Assembly (NCBI GenBank): GCA_000708835.1
Contig: DF236953.1
Span: 450,147 to 514,146 of the forward strand
Source: Klebsormidium nitens
Taxonomy: Eukaryota > Plantae > Klebsormidiophyceae
Reading direction: 5' to 3'
DNA length: 64,000 bases
Part shown: positions 60,321 to 64,000 of the stretch, in pieces
Numbering within the stretch: the stretch's first letter is position 1
How the letters are laid out: each line of letters opens with the position of its first letter
Made by a program: the position numbers and the translations under genes
The notes under the pieces: model-generated
Told to the model about the DNA's origin: nothing
The model's database searches: none
The model's input: the letters and a program-made list of their open reading frames with translations, nothing else

Positions 60321-62776
60321 ACTATACTCGAGGCAAAGGATCCCTTAATCTGAACATGATGTTGAGTCGTCCGTCAACTTCATTTGATCATTGCAAAGCA
60401 GTCAGATGGAACAGGCTGATTGGCGTATAGGACTTTTTGGAATGAGCTGCATATCACAGGCGGCATGGAGTGTATATGCTATTGGACGGCATCGTTCAAT
60501 ATGCACAAGCGTATTTATGTCAATTCCGTTTTATATGCACAGCGCGGTTCTGGCACTGATTATATGCATGCGATTCGATGTAGCCCCGACACGTCTAAGC
60601 GGCTTCATAGTATATACGAAGCACTGAGCTCGGCGCGCGCATATGCTTAATCGACGACCGTTGTGCTTCTACAGAGCCGTCAATGATCATGCGCAATGAT
60701 GCAGAAACACCGCGCCGCAGATGAGCATGTGTCGGACGCCCGAGACCAGGTCTTCTTCGGCCCTTGGGACGTTACCAGCCAGCGTCCGAACACGACGCCC
60801 AATTCGTACGCGGAGTACGATTGGCTGGAGGCTGACGTGGCGCGGCGCGACGCGGGGTTTGGCGGGTTTAGCAAACCCGCGGCCGCGGTTCTTGTCCTCA
60901 AAACCCCCGGGCACTTTTGTGGCACCCGGGTGCAGCTGTCACTGTGGCAACGGATTCAGTACTTTGCGGATGCTAAGATCGTATTTTTGTCTGGACCGTC
61001 TCATTCATGGATCGAACGGTCCGGCGCATGACGCGTTGGAGGAGATGGTGCGAGGTGCGCGCGCGCGCGCAATCCATGGACGTCCTCTTCGTGGTCAAGA
61101 ACACCTCTTTCTGCCGAGGGCGTTAGTGGCGAAGGCGAATGAGTACCTGACACCTGCTCCGCAGGGAGAGTGATCCTATGTAAGCGCGCGTCCTTGAGAA
61201 AGATCCGGTTTGCAGATTAGCACAGGATTGAAATGTTTCTGGCAACTTTAAATGTGTACAAAACGAAGTTTTCACTAACGTAAGCACCCGGGGAACGGGT
61301 ATATGGTTGTTCGTGGGTAGGGATGCAAAGCGCGTGTGATGAAAGAAAGACTTGGTGAGGTGACGTCACCGGCTGCGTTGAAGTGACACCCTCACAGGGT
61401 TGCGTTAAACCGACACAAAGGTGCCTTTAAAACCATTTTGGGACCTCTTGCGCAGCCGTCGGCGTAGCAACACCTCAAATACTGTGCATATGAGCCTACT
61501 GGTACGGCCACTTTGGCCCGCAAGGGCCAGCTCCGTCGGTTCGACACCGGCCGCCGACACCTTCTGTCCCCATCACTTTTTTCGCTTTCTTTGTTGTCGG
61601 GTCTTTGGTGTGTCTCCGCTTTCAAAGTCACGCTGACTTTGAATTATGTCTTCAAGTTCATATGGTGGACGTTATACCACAGCTGTACCCGCAAGCTGCA
61701 TCGTAGAGCTTGTTAGATTTTCAACTGAATCTCGGTGAGAGTTACGTGCTGAAAGCTGCAGCCATTTTACACCAAGCCCGGTCCACCGGACACAGTTGAA
61801 CACGGTATTTAAACGGCGGGTTTAGGGTCGTGGCGGTCTTAAACCCAGATACATATTAAAGTAGCGGTCGTCCTTAATCAAAGCGGGCCTAGTATCTACG
61901 TTAGGTCTAACAGCAGTTTGGTCTTCGAAACCCTCGGTTTATTAACCCCGAACGCTGTGTAACGGCCGTGGGTCGGCTTCCACTATCAAAACATCTTCCT
62001 GCCACGTAACTGCTTAGCGTGCTTGTGTCCCCAAACGTGTTGCCTAATGCTGTACGTGCTCCAGCCTTCTTCAAAGCGTCAAATCAGAATCAGTGCCAGT
62101 AAGGTCAACCACGTTCTAAGATAAGCACGAGATAGGCACCTGTTGACTTCCTTTGTCCCGATTCTTATTCCGGACCTCTGAAAGTTGAGTGTCATGCGGC
62201 TACAGATCATGCGGAACGCGAGCCGCATGAGAGAACGTCTGGGCGAGCGCTACGTGGCGATCTAATGGAGGATTGAAAAGTGCCTGTACAGGGCTGACTG
62301 CGACGCGACGCTATTGCGAAGATGCGGCGACGGTGAGCGCGGGCGCGGCCGTGGCTTTGCTTTTCAGAGTGGACGCTCTGCGTCGTGCTTCGCGATTCTT
62401 TTCCCCACTTCATTTTCTGAGTGCGGAAAATAAATGCTAAAGATGAAGGATCTGAATTTACAAGAGGCTTGCCGCTCGGGTTTCTCAAGGGCAGAGATCT
62501 TTTGATTTCTTACGAAAACAGTCTGTACGTCGTTGAAGGTGAACCTGCGTTGTCATCGAGAAACCAACAGATCGTGCTGCGTACTGGTACGAACCGCCCT
62601 GATTCTAAGTTGTCTACAATAGGGAAACTTTACTGTGAAGCGCGCACGCTTGTTTCGACTATAACTGGGCACAGATACCGGTCAGAGACAGAAGGACTTG
62701 AAGATTCTTCCTGCAACTCGAGTTGTACGCACGAGAGCCTCGAAGCAGACGGAGAATTTGCGAGTCGACATGCTGC

Positions 62777-63096
62777 CGTCTGAACCGTTCAATCATGTGC
62801 TGACGTATCTAAGCCGTCTTCTTGAATCATTTCCGTGCCACGTGGCAGGTCTCGTGGAAGCTGTGACCAACCGTTTTGCTTCCATCAACGGGACGCGCGT
62901 CTTCTTCGCATCAGACGCGCCAACTAGATTGGGCCTTCTGCGGTCGACTTCCTACTGGAACCTGAAACAGCCGGAGGCAATGATGCGCTTAGCTCCGGAC
63001 ACCGCACAACACCACGTGGTGAAATTGTCAAATGCCACCACGTGGGAAGACTTTGACCCGTCGATTCTCCACATTCGGGCGTCCAAGCGCTGCTAG
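62777..63096 (+). other. Possible F-box-like ORF fragment
   Basis: MLPSEPFNHVLTYL resembles the start of an F-box; there is no further support. Confidence 0.2.
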
Positions 63097-63907
63097 ACAA
63101 GGAGGTATACGTCGCCGCCACCGCTTTCATGACAGCCCCGGCGGAGTGTTCCGATGAATTCAGCGAGTATGTGCTCAGCATACAGCAGCTGCGCCGAGCA
63201 AAAGGGATGGCTTACACCGGAACGTGGGAAATAGCAAGGTAGAATGCAACTGCCTTCTGTAAGGATGCTGTATGAGCGCTGCCTTTAGTAACGAGTCATA
63301 GAGTATTTCAGACGAAACGAAGTTATAGAGCACGTTAATATTGAAAGTGCACACTGCATCTGGCCTCATTCAAGATCGATCAAGCAAAGGACGAGGTCTA
63401 TGAAGTTCCAAAGTACTCCGTTGCATGCAGGCTTCAACTCTCATGATGCAGTGTTGTACTTACGTGCAAACTTAATTTCGCAATCTCTTACAGTATCAGG
63501 TATATAAGCAAGGGGATCAAAAACGAGTGTCGCCGGGATGTGGATAGCGAAGCGCAAGTTGAGCTGAGTACTGCGGATGGCTTCAAAGAAAGGGTGCACT
63601 GGCGACCCTAAATTTTGCGCAACTGTCCGACTCGACCGTCTTCTATGTGATGATCTATCGCTCTCAGTATGGTATGTAGCCAAGGCGGCCGCGCTATTAG
63701 CGGATTGGAGACCTTGTGCCGGAATGATGTGAACGTGGTCGAACCTACGTGACTTGATTCAGTGCATGCACATGTATGTGCGCGCCATGATCGTCAACTT
63801 GCCAGTTGCTGTCAATGGCAGGCCATGTCTGTCTGTCGAGGATGTATACCGGGAGTGGTACAGTATATACGTATATTAATTTGCAAGATCATGCATCATG
63901 GCGCTCG

Positions 63908-63982
63908 TGTCGCGATCCTATCTGAGGATCTCTCTCTAAACCCAGCTGAGCCAGGCACCATGAAGCATGTCAACGCTATACA
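63908..63982. mobile_element. Third, slightly diverged copy of terminal repeat A (end of another family member or a fragment)
   Basis: 73/75 identical to 11710-11784, begins at the same TGTCGCG terminus with a different flank (CTCG), and diverges after CTATACA. Confidence 0.9.
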
Positions 63983-64000
63983 ATCATGTCACACTCTGTT

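Noticed and set aside
60680-62500. ORFs at 60696-61173 and an AT-richer stretch at about 61700-62100 as a possible gene or transposon remnant
   Set aside because: No domain, terminal repeats or TSD could be identified.

Overview
Intron-rich eukaryotic DNA with GC-rich exons. Gene content and style suggest a streptophyte alga such as Klebsormidium (inference). Host genes from left to right: an SS5-like starch synthase that keeps its C-terminal GT1 half (minus, about 0.3-8 kb, left end not located); an intronless BTB/POZ gene broken by one TAA; a CHD1/CHR5 chromatin remodeler (minus, 22.6-37.9 kb); an uncharacterised low-complexity gene; an F-box/LRR gene; a UPF0193/EVG1-like gene; OEP16-3/B14.7; and an EMB2004-like plastid LRR gene. 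The main feature is an intact 10,459-bp Ty3/Gypsy retrotransposon (11710-22168, minus, 4-bp TSD CGCG). It encodes ORF1, Gag-protease and DNMT3-like methyltransferase-RT-RNaseH-DDE integrase-PHD in one reading frame broken by only two stop codons. Its ends are not ordinary LTRs. They are split direct repeats (sense order B-ORFs-A-GC-B-A), like tyrosine-recombinase DIRS/Ngaro elements, with an internal palindromic end-to-end junction (GACA-GC-TGTC). A non-tRNA, self-complementary PBS follows the 5' repeat. A second terminus of the family begins at 63908. Decayed intronic copies of exon ends recur in three host genes.
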